Below the pieces are notes generated by a model. The model did no database searches and had not been told where the DNA came from. It saw nothing but the letters and a program-made list of their open reading frames with translations. Below are positions 15,148 through 25,073 of a stretch of DNA of 56,207 bases, piece after piece. Origin of the DNA: an uncultured Muribaculaceae bacterium (GTDB lineage Bacteria > Bacillota_I > Bacilli_A > RF39 > UBA660); contig CAZGGW010000001.1 of assembly GCA_964525365.1 (NCBI GenBank), positions 1 through 56,207 on the forward strand, in the 5' to 3' direction. Within the stretch, counting starts at the first letter, position 1. Every line of letters starts with the position of its first letter. Position numbers and translations under genes: made by a program.

Positions 15148-16579
15148 AAGATTTACAATCGGTACTATTATTGGGTGCGTATTATTAATATCTTTAATAT
15201 TTGTTGTTGGATTTTCTAGTACTAAGTATTCTGGTGCAACTCAAAAATTATATAAGGTATATTTAGATGGTACTGAACTTGGAATGATAGAAAATAAAAA
15301 TGAATTATATGCATTAATTGATCAGGAACAGCAAGATATAAAAGAAAAGTACGATGTTACTACTATTTATCCGCCAAAAGGTCTTGAGGTATCTGAAGTT
15401 TTAACATATGATAAGAACATAATAAGTGTTAATGAAATATATAACAAAATAAAAGATGAAGAAACTTTTACAATAGAAGGATATCAAATAAATATAGTAA
15501 ATGAGGAAAAGAAAATCAACATTACAATTAATGTACTAGAAAAGAAATTTTTTGAAGAGGCCATTAATAATATAGTGAAATCTTTTTATGGAGAAGAAGA
15601 ATATATAGCATATATTGAGGAAACTCAAATAGAAATAAAAGATATAGGCGAAAAAATTGATAAAATATATATAGATGATAATATAACAATTAAAAAAACA
15701 TTGATATCTACAGAAGAATATATATTTACTTCAACTGATGATTTAACAAAGTATTTACTTTTTGGAACGCTTGAAGATCAAAAAAAATATACTGTAAAAT
15801 ATGGTGATACTTTAGAAGACATATCTAATAAAAACGAACTTAATGTAGAAGAGTTACTGATTGCTAACTCTGATATAGTAAGTAAAAATATATTGTTATA
15901 TAAAGGTCAAGTATTAAATATAGGTCTTATTAATCCACAAGTGAATATTGTTGCTGAAACAACTTCTATAGAAGATGCTAAAATTAAATATGATACAACG
16001 GTTCAATACGATAATAGTTTGGATGCAAGTATTAAATATGTAAAACAGAATGGAGTAAATGGGCTTAGCCGTGTTACATATAAAAATAAAATTGTTAATG
16101 GTGAAATACTAAGCGTTGTACAAATATCAGTAGAAGAGATTACTCAAGCTGTCAATAAGATTATTGTAATAGGTGGTTCTAATGCAATATATGTAGGAGA
16201 TAGTGATTGGGCATGGCCAACAACAAAACCATATAAGATTAGTTCTCCATATGGTTGGCGTTGGGGTAGTTTACATCGTGGTGTTGATATTACCTCAAGC
16301 GGATATGGTTCACCTATTTATGCAATTCAAAGTGGTACTGTTGTGAAATCAGAATATGATAAATATAGTATGGGAAATTACGTAATAATTAATCATGGAA
16401 ATGGTTATAAATCTTATTATTTCCATATGTCTAAGAGACTTGTTAGTACAGGAGATTCAGTAATTATTGGACAAACAATTGGTCTTATGGGTAGTACTGG
16501 ATATAGTACTGGTACACATTTGCATTTAGGAGTTAGTTATAATGGTGCATATTTTAATCCATTAAAACTATATGATTAA
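15140..16579 (+). CDS. Membrane-anchored LysM / G5 / M23-family peptidoglycan metallopeptidase
   Basis: ATG 15140 (MSKRFTIGTIIGCVLL, TM anchor) overlaps the dnaB stop by 8 nt. LysM: YTVKYGDTLEDISNKNELNVEELL. G5-like: VTYKNKIVNGEILS. M23: HRGVDI ... HLHLG. Confidence 0.85.
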   Translation: MSKRFTIGTIIGCVLLISLIFVVGFSSTKYSGATQKLYKVYLDGTELGMIENKNELYALIDQEQQDIKEKYDVTTIYPPKGLEVSEVLTYDKNIISVNEIYNKIKDEETFTIEGYQINIVNEEKKINITINVLEKKFFEEAINNIVKSFYGEEEYIAYIEETQIEIKDIGEKIDKIYIDDNITIKKTLISTEEYIFTSTDDLTKYLLFGTLEDQKKYTVKYGDTLEDISNKNELNVEELLIANSDIVSKNILLYKGQVLNIGLINPQVNIVAETTSIEDAKIKYDTTVQYDNSLDASIKYVKQNGVNGLSRVTYKNKIVNGEILSVVQISVEEITQAVNKIIVIGGSNAIYVGDSDWAWPTTKPYKISSPYGWRWGSLHRGVDITSSGYGSPIYAIQSGTVVKSEYDKYSMGNYVIINHGNGYKSYYFHMSKRLVSTGDSVIIGQTIGLMGSTGYSTGTHLHLGVSYNGAYFNPLKLYD

Positions 16580-17342
16580 AATGAAAGCAATTGTACTTGG
16601 CAGCGGTTCTTCTGGGAATTCAACCTATATTGAAATAAATAATATTAAAATATTAATTGATATAGGTTTTTCCTATAGAAGTTTGAAAGAAAAATTAAAA
16701 ACAATTAGTGTGTTTCCTAAAGATATAGACTATATTTTTATAACACATGAACACACTGACCACACATTTGGATTATGTTCATTCTTAAAAAATAATAATC
16801 CAGTAGTATATATTGATGATTCAATTAAAGATATTTGCTTAAAAGACTTAAATTATGAAAATATAAAAAACATTGAAGAAGAAATCATTATAAATAACGT
16901 ATTAATAAGAAAGGTACCAACATCTCACGATTCATTGTTTTCTTGTGGTTTTTTGATTCAAGATGATCATGAATCAATAGTATATATTACTGATACTGGA
17001 TATATTAACACAAGATTATTTAAAATTATTCAAAATAAAAAATACTATATTTTAGAAAGTAATCACGATGTAGAAATGCTTTTACACGGTCATTATCCAT
17101 TGTATTTACAAAGAAGAATTCTTAGCGACAAAGGTCATTTATCTAATGAATCATGTGGAGAATATCTTTCTAGGATAGTTGGTCCTAATACAAAGAAAAT
17201 AGTGCTTGCGCATTTAAGCGAACATAATAATAAACCTGATTTAGCTCTTGAAACTGTAAAACATATATTAGCAAATAATAATATTGACAATATTGAGACT
17301 ACTTGTGCAACGCAAAAAGAAATAGAATGTGTGACAGTATGA
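16572..17342 (+). CDS. MBL-fold metallo-hydrolase, YycJ/WalJ-like
   Basis: 256 aa. LGSGSSGNSTYI, THEHTDHTFG (HxHxDH) and LAHLSEHNN. The position upstream of rlmH matches Bacillus yycJ. Confidence 0.8.
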   Translation: MIKMKAIVLGSGSSGNSTYIEINNIKILIDIGFSYRSLKEKLKTISVFPKDIDYIFITHEHTDHTFGLCSFLKNNNPVVYIDDSIKDICLKDLNYENIKNIEEEIIINNVLIRKVPTSHDSLFSCGFLIQDDHESIVYITDTGYINTRLFKIIQNKKYYILESNHDVEMLLHGHYPLYLQRRILSDKGHLSNESCGEYLSRIVGPNTKKIVLAHLSEHNNKPDLALETVKHILANNNIDNIETTCATQKEIECVTV

Positions 17343-17776
17343 TAAAAATAATATGTGTTGGAAGTATAAAAGAAAAATATTTAAATGAATTAATTGGTGA
17401 TTATTTTAAAAGAATAAAAAAATATCATAAAATAGAAATAGTTGAATTAAAAGATTCAAATAAACAAGAAGAAAATAAAAAAATAAGAGATACAATAAAT
17501 GAAAAAGAATATGTGATTGCTTTAGATAAAAGCGGTGTACAAATAAATACAATACAATTTCAAGAAAAAATAGAGTCTTTGTTTAATCAGAGTCTTTCAA
17601 ACATTACTTTTATTATTGGTGGGTCAGAAGGCTTAGAAGATGAAACATTGAAATTGTGCGAATATATTTTGTCATTTTCACAATTAACTTTCCCCCATGG
17701 ATTATTTAGAGGTATTTTATTAGAACAAATATATAGAATATTTAAAATAATGAATAATGAAACTTATCATAAATAA
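17339..17776 (+). CDS. rlmH: 23S rRNA (pseudouridine1915-N3)-methyltransferase
   Basis: MIKIICVGSIKEKYLNELIGDYFKRIKKY ... TFPHGLFRGILLEQIYR (SPOUT fold). ATG 17339 overlaps the yycJ-like TGA. The track start at 17303 lies inside the upstream gene. Confidence 0.88.
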   Translation: MIKIICVGSIKEKYLNELIGDYFKRIKKYHKIEIVELKDSNKQEENKKIRDTINEKEYVIALDKSGVQINTIQFQEKIESLFNQSLSNITFIIGGSEGLEDETLKLCEYILSFSQLTFPHGLFRGILLEQIYRIFKIMNNETYHK

Positions 17777-17845
17777 AACAAGTAAAAGTTTACTTTTATA
17801 TAAAAAAATGTTATAATATGCAAGTATAAAAAAGGGGGGGATCCA

Positions 17846-18094
17846 ATGGAAGAAGATTTTACAGAATTATTAAAGGAATATTCAGATGATTATGGAGTAG
17901 ATGTCAAAACTATCAACAGATTATCAGAACTTATATTAGAATCTGGATATGCTAATTCTGAAGAAGAATATGAACATTTATTGCTTAATGCTATTGAAAC
18001 GGGTAGCTATAATGCTGAAAATGCAGAAGAAAAAGCAAAAACACCCGAAGAAACAATAGAGTTTGTGTTACAACGTGAATATTTTTTAGACTAA
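17846..18094 (+). CDS. Hypothetical small acidic protein (82 aa)
   Basis: ORF preceded by an unusual AAGGGGGGG SD-like tract and an extended -10 TGtTATAAT. A hairpin lies upstream after rlmH. No family recognised. Confidence 0.5.
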   Translation: MEEDFTELLKEYSDDYGVDVKTINRLSELILESGYANSEEEYEHLLLNAIETGSYNAENAEEKAKTPEETIEFVLQREYFLD

Positions 18095-18127
18095 TACTAA
18101 TTATCAAAACAAATAATATAATTAACT

Positions 18128-19345
18128 ATGTTAGATATAATATGGTTAATTTTTATTTTGTTTTTAATAATCATTTCGTTTTATATTGGTAAAAAGATTA
18201 ACTTTAATAATTTTAATATACCTTTTCTTTTAAGAAATGTAAAAGATGGAAATAAAAGTGGTATGTTTATGGCTCTAGCTACTAAAATGGGTGTTGGAAG
18301 CATTATAAGTGTTACCATTGCTATATGTATAGGAGGAATTGGAAGTATATTTTGGATGATATTATTTGGTATTATTTCTACCCCTTTAATTTATTATGAG
18401 AGTATACTTGGAAGCAAATATAAAGAAAAGTATAAAGATACATATATTTCTGGTCCATATTTTTATATTAAAAAAGGACTTAATAAAAAATTAATTGCAA
18501 CTATTTCTGCGCTATTATTAATCATTTCATATTCATTTATATTTCAAATGATTCAAACTAATACTATAAATGAGATTATAAAATATTCATTTAATATTAA
18601 CCCCTTTGTTATATTGATAGTATTAATTTCTATTATTTTGCCTATTATGTTTTTTAACATGAAAGAAATAATATCTAGCGTTAATAAATTAGTTCCTTTT
18701 ATGTGTATATTAGTAATTATCGTATCACTTATAACAATTATTTTAAATTATTCTTTAGTACTATCTATAATCAAAGATGTTATTAAAAGTGCCTTTAATA
18801 TTAAAACGTTTTTAATATCATTTATAGTAGGAGTTAAAAAAAGTATATTTTTAAGTGAACTATTGATTGGAACAACTTCTATAACTGCTGGCGTTGGAGA
18901 TACCAATATAAAGAAAGAAGCTAGTTTTCAAACTCTCGGTATATACTTTATCAATATAATTATTACGTTTTTGGTTTCATTGTTAATATTAATATTTTTA
19001 AGTAAAAATAGTTATAATTTTTCAAATTACAATTTATTTTTAGTTATGGTATTTAATAATTTGTATGGAAATATTGGAAATTTATTTTTAATATTAATAA
19101 TTAGTTTGTTCGCAATTACTACTATTCTTAGTGGCTATTATATTGGTCTTGAATTTGTAAGTATTGTATTTAAAAATAGAAATGCGATACTAATATTTAA
19201 AGTATTAATGTTATTATCATTGCTAAGCGGTCTTTATTTTGAATCATTAATATTATGGAAAATTGTGGATTTATTTTTAATTGTATTAATATTTATAAAT
19301 ATTTATTGTATAATTAAATTGTCAAAGGAAGTAAACTATGATTAA
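18128..19345 (+). CDS. Polytopic membrane protein, divergent alanine/glycine:cation symporter (AGCS)-like
   Basis: 405 aa with about 10 hydrophobic segments. ALATKMGVGSIISVTIAICIGGIGSIFWMILFG parallels the AGCS signature (..GxGNIxGVAxAIxxGGPGAxFWMW..), but it is degenerate and the protein is shorter than usual. Confidence 0.45.
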   Translation: MLDIIWLIFILFLIIISFYIGKKINFNNFNIPFLLRNVKDGNKSGMFMALATKMGVGSIISVTIAICIGGIGSIFWMILFGIISTPLIYYESILGSKYKEKYKDTYISGPYFYIKKGLNKKLIATISALLLIISYSFIFQMIQTNTINEIIKYSFNINPFVILIVLISIILPIMFFNMKEIISSVNKLVPFMCILVIIVSLITIILNYSLVLSIIKDVIKSAFNIKTFLISFIVGVKKSIFLSELLIGTTSITAGVGDTNIKKEASFQTLGIYFINIIITFLVSLLILIFLSKNSYNFSNYNLFLVMVFNNLYGNIGNLFLILIISLFAITTILSGYYIGLEFVSIVFKNRNAILIFKVLMLLSLLSGLYFESLILWKIVDLFLIVLIFINIYCIIKLSKEVNYD

Positions 19346-19991
19346 TAATGATTGGAATATAGTGTTAAATAATATTTTTAGTAGTAATGGTTTTAAAAAA
19401 TTTATGATAGATATAAAGAAAAAATATGAAATGTGTCAGTGTTTTCCAGAATGTCCTAATATTTTTAATGCTTTAAAATTAACTCCATATAATAATGTCA
19501 AAGTAGTGATATTAGGACAAGATCCATATCATAATGTGGGACAAGCTCATGGACTTTCGTTTTCTGTACAAGATGGAATTGCTATCCCACCTAGCTTATT
19601 AAATATATTTAAAGAATTAAAAAATGATATTGGAGTAGATATTCCTAAAAATGGTGACTTAACTCATTGGGCTAAAGAGGGAGTTTTACTTCTTAACAGC
19701 ATACTAACAGTAGAAGCACATAAACCTTTGTCTCATTCTAATTTGGGATGGGAAAAATTAACTGATTATATAATTGAAAAATTAAATGACAAAAAAAATC
19801 CCGTCGTATTTATATTGTGGGGTAGTGCAGCCAGAAGCAAAAAGAAATTAATAACAAATCCACAACATTTGATAATAGAAAGTGTTCATCCCTCACCTTT
19901 GTCAGCCTATAATGGCTTTTTTGGTAGTAAACCGTTTTCTAAAACTAATGAATTTTTAGAAAAAAATGGAATAGAAAAAATAAATTGGTAA
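19338..19991 (+). CDS. ung: Uracil-DNA glycosylase
   Basis: VVILGQDPYH, GLSFSV and HPSPLSA motifs. 217 aa. 8-nt overlap with the upstream gene. Confidence 0.92.
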   Translation: MINNDWNIVLNNIFSSNGFKKFMIDIKKKYEMCQCFPECPNIFNALKLTPYNNVKVVILGQDPYHNVGQAHGLSFSVQDGIAIPPSLLNIFKELKNDIGVDIPKNGDLTHWAKEGVLLLNSILTVEAHKPLSHSNLGWEKLTDYIIEKLNDKKNPVVFILWGSAARSKKKLITNPQHLIIESVHPSPLSAYNGFFGSKPFSKTNEFLEKNGIEKINW

Positions 19992-20045
19992 ACTATTTAC
20001 AATTTATTTTTATTTGTTAAAATATAATTATAAGGTAGGTGTAGT

Positions 20046-21140
20046 ATGAAAGATAATTTAAGAATTATAGTTATGAATAATTGCAAAGAATTAGGGGATA
20101 GTATTGATAAATATTTGATGAAATTAAGAAATAATAAAGTGAGTTATGTTGTTCCTAGTGTTGAAACCAGATTTAATGATGGGCATGGAAAGTTACAAAT
20201 TTTGAGTAGTGTTAGAGAAAAAGATTTATATATAATCTCTGATATTGGAAATCCAAGTTGTACATACGAAATGTATGGACATACAAATTATATGGGACCT
20301 GATGAGCATTTTACGGATATTAAGAGAGTTATTGGTGCTTCAATGGGACATACAAGAGATATAACAGTAATTATGCCACTTTTGTATTCAAGTAGACAGC
20401 ATAGAGTTAAAAGTAGAGAATCTTTAGATGCTCCAGTAGCACTTCAAGAATTAAAAACTGCTGGTGTTAAAAGAATAGTCACGTTTGATGTACATGATAT
20501 TGGAGTGAGAAATGCAATACCATATACTGAGTTCCAAAACATTTATCCTACCAATTCAATATTAAATTCATTCATTGACAATGAACATTTTGATTATAAC
20601 AACTTACTATTTATAAGTCCTGATACCGGAGCAATAGACAGAGCAAAATATTATGCTAATGTATTTAAATGTAATATAGGCGCATTTTATAAAACAAGAG
20701 ATTTGACAAAACCAGTTAATGGAAAATATCCGATTACCGGGCATATTTATATGGGGCCTGATATAAAAGATAAAAATGTAGTAATAGTAGATGATATGAT
20801 TGCATCGGGAGAATCAATATTAGATACTGCATTAAAGACTAAGGAATTAGGAGCTAAAAACGTATATATTGTAGCTTCATTTGCATTATTTACCGCAGGA
20901 CTTGATTTATTTAGAGAATATTATAAAAAAGAAATTTTTAATAAACTTTATTCAACAAATTTAACATATGTATATCCAGAAGAAAGAAAAGAAGAATGGT
21001 TTGAATGCGTTGACTGTTCCAATCAAGTAGCACAAGTTATAAATGTTCTAAATAAAGATGAATCACTTAGTCCTTTGTTATCTCCTGATCCAAATGTTTT
21101 ACAAAAAGTATTAGATAATAAAAGGTATTATAAAAGTTAA
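20046..21140 (+). CDS. prs: Ribose-phosphate pyrophosphokinase family protein (long, divergent form)
   Basis: 364 aa. ITVIMPLLYSSRQHR (compare PYxxYxRQDR), VTFDVHD, and the PRPP-binding loop VVIVDDMIASGESI. Confidence 0.7.
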   Translation: MKDNLRIIVMNNCKELGDSIDKYLMKLRNNKVSYVVPSVETRFNDGHGKLQILSSVREKDLYIISDIGNPSCTYEMYGHTNYMGPDEHFTDIKRVIGASMGHTRDITVIMPLLYSSRQHRVKSRESLDAPVALQELKTAGVKRIVTFDVHDIGVRNAIPYTEFQNIYPTNSILNSFIDNEHFDYNNLLFISPDTGAIDRAKYYANVFKCNIGAFYKTRDLTKPVNGKYPITGHIYMGPDIKDKNVVIVDDMIASGESILDTALKTKELGAKNVYIVASFALFTAGLDLFREYYKKEIFNKLYSTNLTYVYPEERKEEWFECVDCSNQVAQVINVLNKDESLSPLLSPDPNVLQKVLDNKRYYKS

Positions 21141-21202
21141 GGTTGATTTTAAATGATTTTTGTTATATAATTTTTTATGTAATGAAGGGAAGGTGAAGAA
21201 AG

Positions 21203-21397
21203 ATGACTCATGTTGAGGTTAAAGATGGTAATGTAGAAGCAGCTTTAAAAAAATTCAAGATTAAAGTTCAAAGAAGCGGTATCCCTTCTGAGATGAAAAA
21301 AAGAAAAGAATACTCAAAGCCTGGCATTAGAAGAAGAGAAGCTAAAAAAGAAGCAATTAAAAATGCTAGAAAACATAATAAAAATAATAATAACTAG
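21203..21397 (+). CDS. rpsU: 30S ribosomal protein S21
   Basis: 64 aa. VEVKDGNVEAALKKFKIKVQRSGIPSEMKKRKEYSKPGIRRREAKKEA is typical of S21. Confidence 0.9.
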   Translation: MTHVEVKDGNVEAALKKFKIKVQRSGIPSEMKKRKEYSKPGIRRREAKKEAIKNARKHNKNNNN

Positions 21398-21405
21398 GAG
21401 GAGCT

Positions 21406-21852
21406 ATGTCATTGTTTGAGGATTTAAATAATCAAATGGTAAGTGCGATGAAAGCACATGATAAAGATACGCTTAGTACATTAAGATTATTGAAAAGTGC
21501 AGTTATGCTACACAAAATTAATAATAAACTTGAAAATATTAGTGATGATGTAGTTATGGAAGTCGCTGCTAAACAAGTAAAAACTCATAAAGAATCAATT
21601 ATTGAATTTGAAAATGCTGGTCGTGGTGATTTGGCGGATAATTTAAAAAGAGAAATTGAGGTATTAAAACAGTTTTTACCAAAAGAATTATCAATGGAAG
21701 AAATAGAAAATGAGATTGATAAAATATTTGAAGAATTAAAACCAACTGGTAAGTCAGATTTGGGTCGTGTTATGAAAGAGGCTTCACTTAGATTAAAAAA
21801 TCGTGCTGATTTCAAAGTGATTAGTGAAATGGTACAAAGTAAACTCCAATAG
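21406..21852 (+). CDS. GatB/YqeY domain-containing protein
   Basis: 148 aa. MKAHDKDTLSTLRLLKSAV ... KQFLPKELSMEEIE ... DLGRVMKE. It follows rpsU, as in Bacillus. Confidence 0.85.
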   Translation: MSLFEDLNNQMVSAMKAHDKDTLSTLRLLKSAVMLHKINNKLENISDDVVMEVAAKQVKTHKESIIEFENAGRGDLADNLKREIEVLKQFLPKELSMEEIENEIDKIFEELKPTGKSDLGRVMKEASLRLKNRADFKVISEMVQSKLQ

Positions 21853-21887
21853 GAGTTTTTTCTTTTGATATAAAGCATATAATTATA

Positions 21888-22127
21888 TTGATTATGATAA
21901 ATAATATAATTAATTTTATAAAGACTGATGACTATTTAATCAGTATATATAATTCACACGTATATATTTTTAATTATGGTAAAATATTAGATATTTCCGA
22001 AAATAAAATCAGCATAACATTTGAAAAAATTAATATTGTTATAAAAGGAGAAAAATTATTAATAGAAAAAATGGATCTAAAAGAAATATTGATATGTGGT
22101 AATATAAAAGGTATTGAACTGTTATGA
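21888..22127 (+). CDS. yqfC: YqfC/YabP-family sporulation protein
   Basis: About 78 aa. ISITFEKINIVIKGEKLLIEKMDLKEILICGNIKGIEL fits the YabP/YqfC pattern. It sits directly upstream of yqfD with a 4-nt overlap. The start is TTG 21888 or ATG 21894. Confidence 0.6.
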   Translation: MIMINNIINFIKTDDYLISIYNSHVYIFNYGKILDISENKISITFEKINIVIKGEKLLIEKMDLKEILICGNIKGIELL

Positions 22128-23269
22128 ATATAAAAATTAGTATTAATGATAGTGTAGATCATGTTATAAAGAAATTAGTTTTCAACAAAATATTTTATAG
22201 CAACCTAACTTTTAATGAGGGCTTAGTATATCTAGATATTAATTACAAAGATTTAAAATTTTTAAAATATTTTTATGGTAAAAAAATAAAGATAATTAAA
22301 TATTATGGAATTGAAGGATTCGTTAATTTTATAAAGTATCACTTGGTTTTAATACTTTCTTTTATATGGGGTATTATTATGCTGTTTTTGCTTTCTAATA
22401 TTATTTTTAAAATTGAAGTAAACACTGAAGATGAAACATTAAAACAAAATATAACGTATGAACTTGAAAGTCACGATATAAAAAAATATTCATTTAAAAA
22501 AAGTTTTAAAGAACTTCAGGCAATAAAAGATGAAATAAAAAATCATAATTTAAAAACTATAGAATGGATTGAAATAAGAGAAGTGGGAACTAAATATATA
22601 ATTGAATTAACACCACGAGTTATAAAAGAAAAGAACGAAGATGATGAGTCAATAAGTAGCATCGTTGCTTCTAAGGATGGTAGAATTTTACACTTGACTG
22701 CAAGTAGTGGTGAGGTTTTAAAAAACGTAGGAGATTATGTAAAAAAAGAAGAAGAAATAATATCTGGTAATATATATAAGAATGAAGAAACCTTAAAAGC
22801 ACAAGTAAAAGCCGAAGGAAAAGTATATGCTGAAGTTTGGTATACTATAAATACAACAATACCTTATGAATATGTTGAATATAAAAGAACAGGTGAAACT
22901 ATTAATCATTATTATATAGAAATATTCGGGAAGAAGATGACGTTAATAGGAAAATATAATACCAATTATTCTATGAATGAAACTAAATTATTAATTGATA
23001 AACCATATTTACCATTTAAAATTTATAAAGAAAGAAAAGAAATATATGAATATAAAAATATAAAAGTATCTGTTAATGAAGCAAAAGATGAAGCCATTAA
23101 AAGAAGTGAAGAATCATTAAAAAATAAACTTGATGATGATGAATATATAATTGATAAAAAAGTTTTGAATATTAATGAATTTAGTAGTAAAATAAATGTA
23201 GAAGTATTTTATAAGGTTTATGAAAATATTGGGAAAATTAAAATACTTGAAAAAGATAAAAAGAAGTAG
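22124..23269 (+). CDS. yqfD: Sporulation protein YqfD-like
   Basis: 381 aa with a single central TM (LVLILSFIWGIIMLFLLSNIIF). Size, topology and the position after yqfC match Bacillus yqfD. Confidence 0.6.
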   Translation: MNIKISINDSVDHVIKKLVFNKIFYSNLTFNEGLVYLDINYKDLKFLKYFYGKKIKIIKYYGIEGFVNFIKYHLVLILSFIWGIIMLFLLSNIIFKIEVNTEDETLKQNITYELESHDIKKYSFKKSFKELQAIKDEIKNHNLKTIEWIEIREVGTKYIIELTPRVIKEKNEDDESISSIVASKDGRILHLTASSGEVLKNVGDYVKKEEEIISGNIYKNEETLKAQVKAEGKVYAEVWYTINTTIPYEYVEYKRTGETINHYYIEIFGKKMTLIGKYNTNYSMNETKLLIDKPYLPFKIYKERKEIYEYKNIKVSVNEAKDEAIKRSEESLKNKLDDDEYIIDKKVLNINEFSSKINVEVFYKVYENIGKIKILEKDKKK

Positions 23270-23276
23270 GTGAAAT

Positions 23277-23885
23277 ATGATTGATACTTTGAAAGATGCA
23301 ATTTTGTTTTCTTGGCCAACTATAATAATTGTTCTTTCTATTGTGGTAATAATTAGGGTTGCGTATTATAAAAACAATAAGAAAAAACTTGTATTCCACG
23401 AAGAATTATTATTACTATTATTTATAACATACATATTAATATTGTTTCAACTTGTTACGTACAAAGAAACTGAAATCGCAGGTATCAATTTAATGCCATT
23501 TAAAGAAATATTGAGGTATGATGTAGGAACTGATAATTTTTATAAACAAGTTCTTGGAAATATAATATTATTTATACCTTTTGGCTATTTTGTGACATAT
23601 TATGCTAAGTTAAAAAAAATTGGGAGTATTACTTTAATAACGCTTTTTGCCAGTGTGACGATAGAAACAGTTCAATATTTTATTGGAAGATGTTTGGATA
23701 TTGATGATATTTTATTAAATGTAGTAGGTGGTATAATAGGATTTTTATTGTTTATTGGACTTGACGCAATTAGAAAGCATTTACCAGGATTATTTCAAAA
23801 AGATATTATTTATACGTTACTTAGTTTGGCACTTATAGGATTTATAATTCTTTATATGTTCGGATTTATAAGCATTGGAGGGTAA
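23277..23885 (+). CDS. VanZ-family membrane protein
   Basis: NIILFIPFGYF ... ETVQYFIGRCLDIDDILLNVVGGIIGF are VanZ-like motifs. 202 aa with multiple TM segments. Confidence 0.8.
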   Translation: MIDTLKDAILFSWPTIIIVLSIVVIIRVAYYKNNKKKLVFHEELLLLLFITYILILFQLVTYKETEIAGINLMPFKEILRYDVGTDNFYKQVLGNIILFIPFGYFVTYYAKLKKIGSITLITLFASVTIETVQYFIGRCLDIDDILLNVVGGIIGFLLFIGLDAIRKHLPGLFQKDIIYTLLSLALIGFIILYMFGFISIGG

Positions 23886-24323
23886 ATGAGTATTATTATT
23901 AACAATACCACAAAAGAAAAAATTAATAAAATTGACATTAGAAAAATTTGTAATATTACATTTAAAAAACTTGGTGTAGATGATGCTTTAGTAAGTATAA
24001 CAATAGTCGATAATAACACCCTACAAGAGATAAATAAACAATATCGTAAAATAAATAAGCCTACCGATGTAATATCATTTGCATTTGAAGAGATTAATGA
24101 TGTAAAATTGGACTTTAGAAACCTTGGGGAAATATATATAAGTATAGAAAGAGCAAAAGAACAATCAGAAGAGTATGGTCATAGTTTAAAACGAGAGATA
24201 TGTTTTTTAACGGTACATGGTTTATTGCATTTACTCGGGTATGATCATATAAATGAAAATGATAGAATTGTAATGAGAAAGTTGGAAGAGGAGATATTAA
24301 GTAGTTATGGAACGAAAAGATAG
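23886..24323 (+). CDS. ybeY: rRNA maturation endoribonuclease YbeY
   Basis: HGLLHLLGYDH zinc-binding motif. 145 aa. Confidence 0.92.
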   Translation: MSIIINNTTKEKINKIDIRKICNITFKKLGVDDALVSITIVDNNTLQEINKQYRKINKPTDVISFAFEEINDVKLDFRNLGEIYISIERAKEQSEEYGHSLKREICFLTVHGLLHLLGYDHINENDRIVMRKLEEEILSSYGTKR

Positions 24324-24684
24324 AGGTATATTTAGATTACAACGTAGTTTTAAGTATGCTGGCGAAGGACTCAAATTTGCCTATAAGCATGAACAAACAG
24401 TTTGGATATATATTCCTGTTGCAATTACAGTAATAATTTTGGGTTTTATTTTAAAAATCTCACAAATTGAGTGGCTAATACTAATATTAATACTTGGACT
24501 TATATATTCTTTAGAACTTATTAACACAGCATTAGAAAAATGTGTGGATTTAGTAACAGATAAATATCATCCACTTGCGAAAGCTAGCAAAGACATAGTA
24601 TCTGCTTCAGTACTTATTTTTGCTATTACCTCAATTATATGCGGACTTATAATATTTGTCCCAAAAATTATAGAACTATTTTAG
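24307..24684 (+). CDS. dgkA: Diacylglycerol/undecaprenol kinase
   Basis: 125 aa with three TM segments. SLELINTALEKCVDLV motif. It overlaps ybeY, as is typical. Confidence 0.85.
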   Translation: MERKDRGIFRLQRSFKYAGEGLKFAYKHEQTVWIYIPVAITVIILGFILKISQIEWLILILILGLIYSLELINTALEKCVDLVTDKYHPLAKASKDIVSASVLIFAITSIICGLIIFVPKIIELF

Positions 24685-24692
24685 GAGGAATT

Positions 24693-25073
24693 ATGAAAGA
24701 AAAAATAGAATACTTAATTAATAATGCATATGCACCATATTCAGGAATGAAATTTGCGTGTATTGTAGAAGGAGAAAATGGTAAATTATATAACGGAGTA
24801 AATGTGGAAAATGCATCATTTGGAGGGAGTATATGCGCTGAACGAAATGCAATTAATAATGCGGTTGGTGATGGAGTTAGAAAGTTCAAAGCTTTGTATT
24901 TAATGGGCAGTAGCGAAGATTTTTTATATCCATGCAGTATTTGCAAGCAAACATTCTTAGAATTTTTCGATGATGATGTAATTTTTAATATTATGAATGT
25001 TAAAGGAGAAATGAAAGTTTTTACATATAAAGAAATATTAAACACAATATTTTCAAAAGGTGAGATTCAATGA
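24693..25073 (+). CDS. cdd: Cytidine deaminase
   Basis: AYAPYSGMKFA, CAERNAI and PCSICKQ zinc motifs. ATG 24693 follows AGGAGG. The track start at 24639 lies inside dgkA. Confidence 0.9.
   Translation: MKEKIEYLINNAYAPYSGMKFACIVEGENGKLYNGVNVENASFGGSICAERNAINNAVGDGVRKFKALYLMGSSEDFLYPCSICKQTFLEFFDDDVIFNIMNVKGEMKVFTYKEILNTIFSKGEIQ

Noticed and set aside
21585-21878. 97-aa minus-strand ORF
   Set aside because: Antisense to the well-supported GatB/YqeY gene.
24668-25045. 125-aa minus-strand ORF
   Set aside because: Antisense to cdd, whose zinc-binding motifs are unambiguous.
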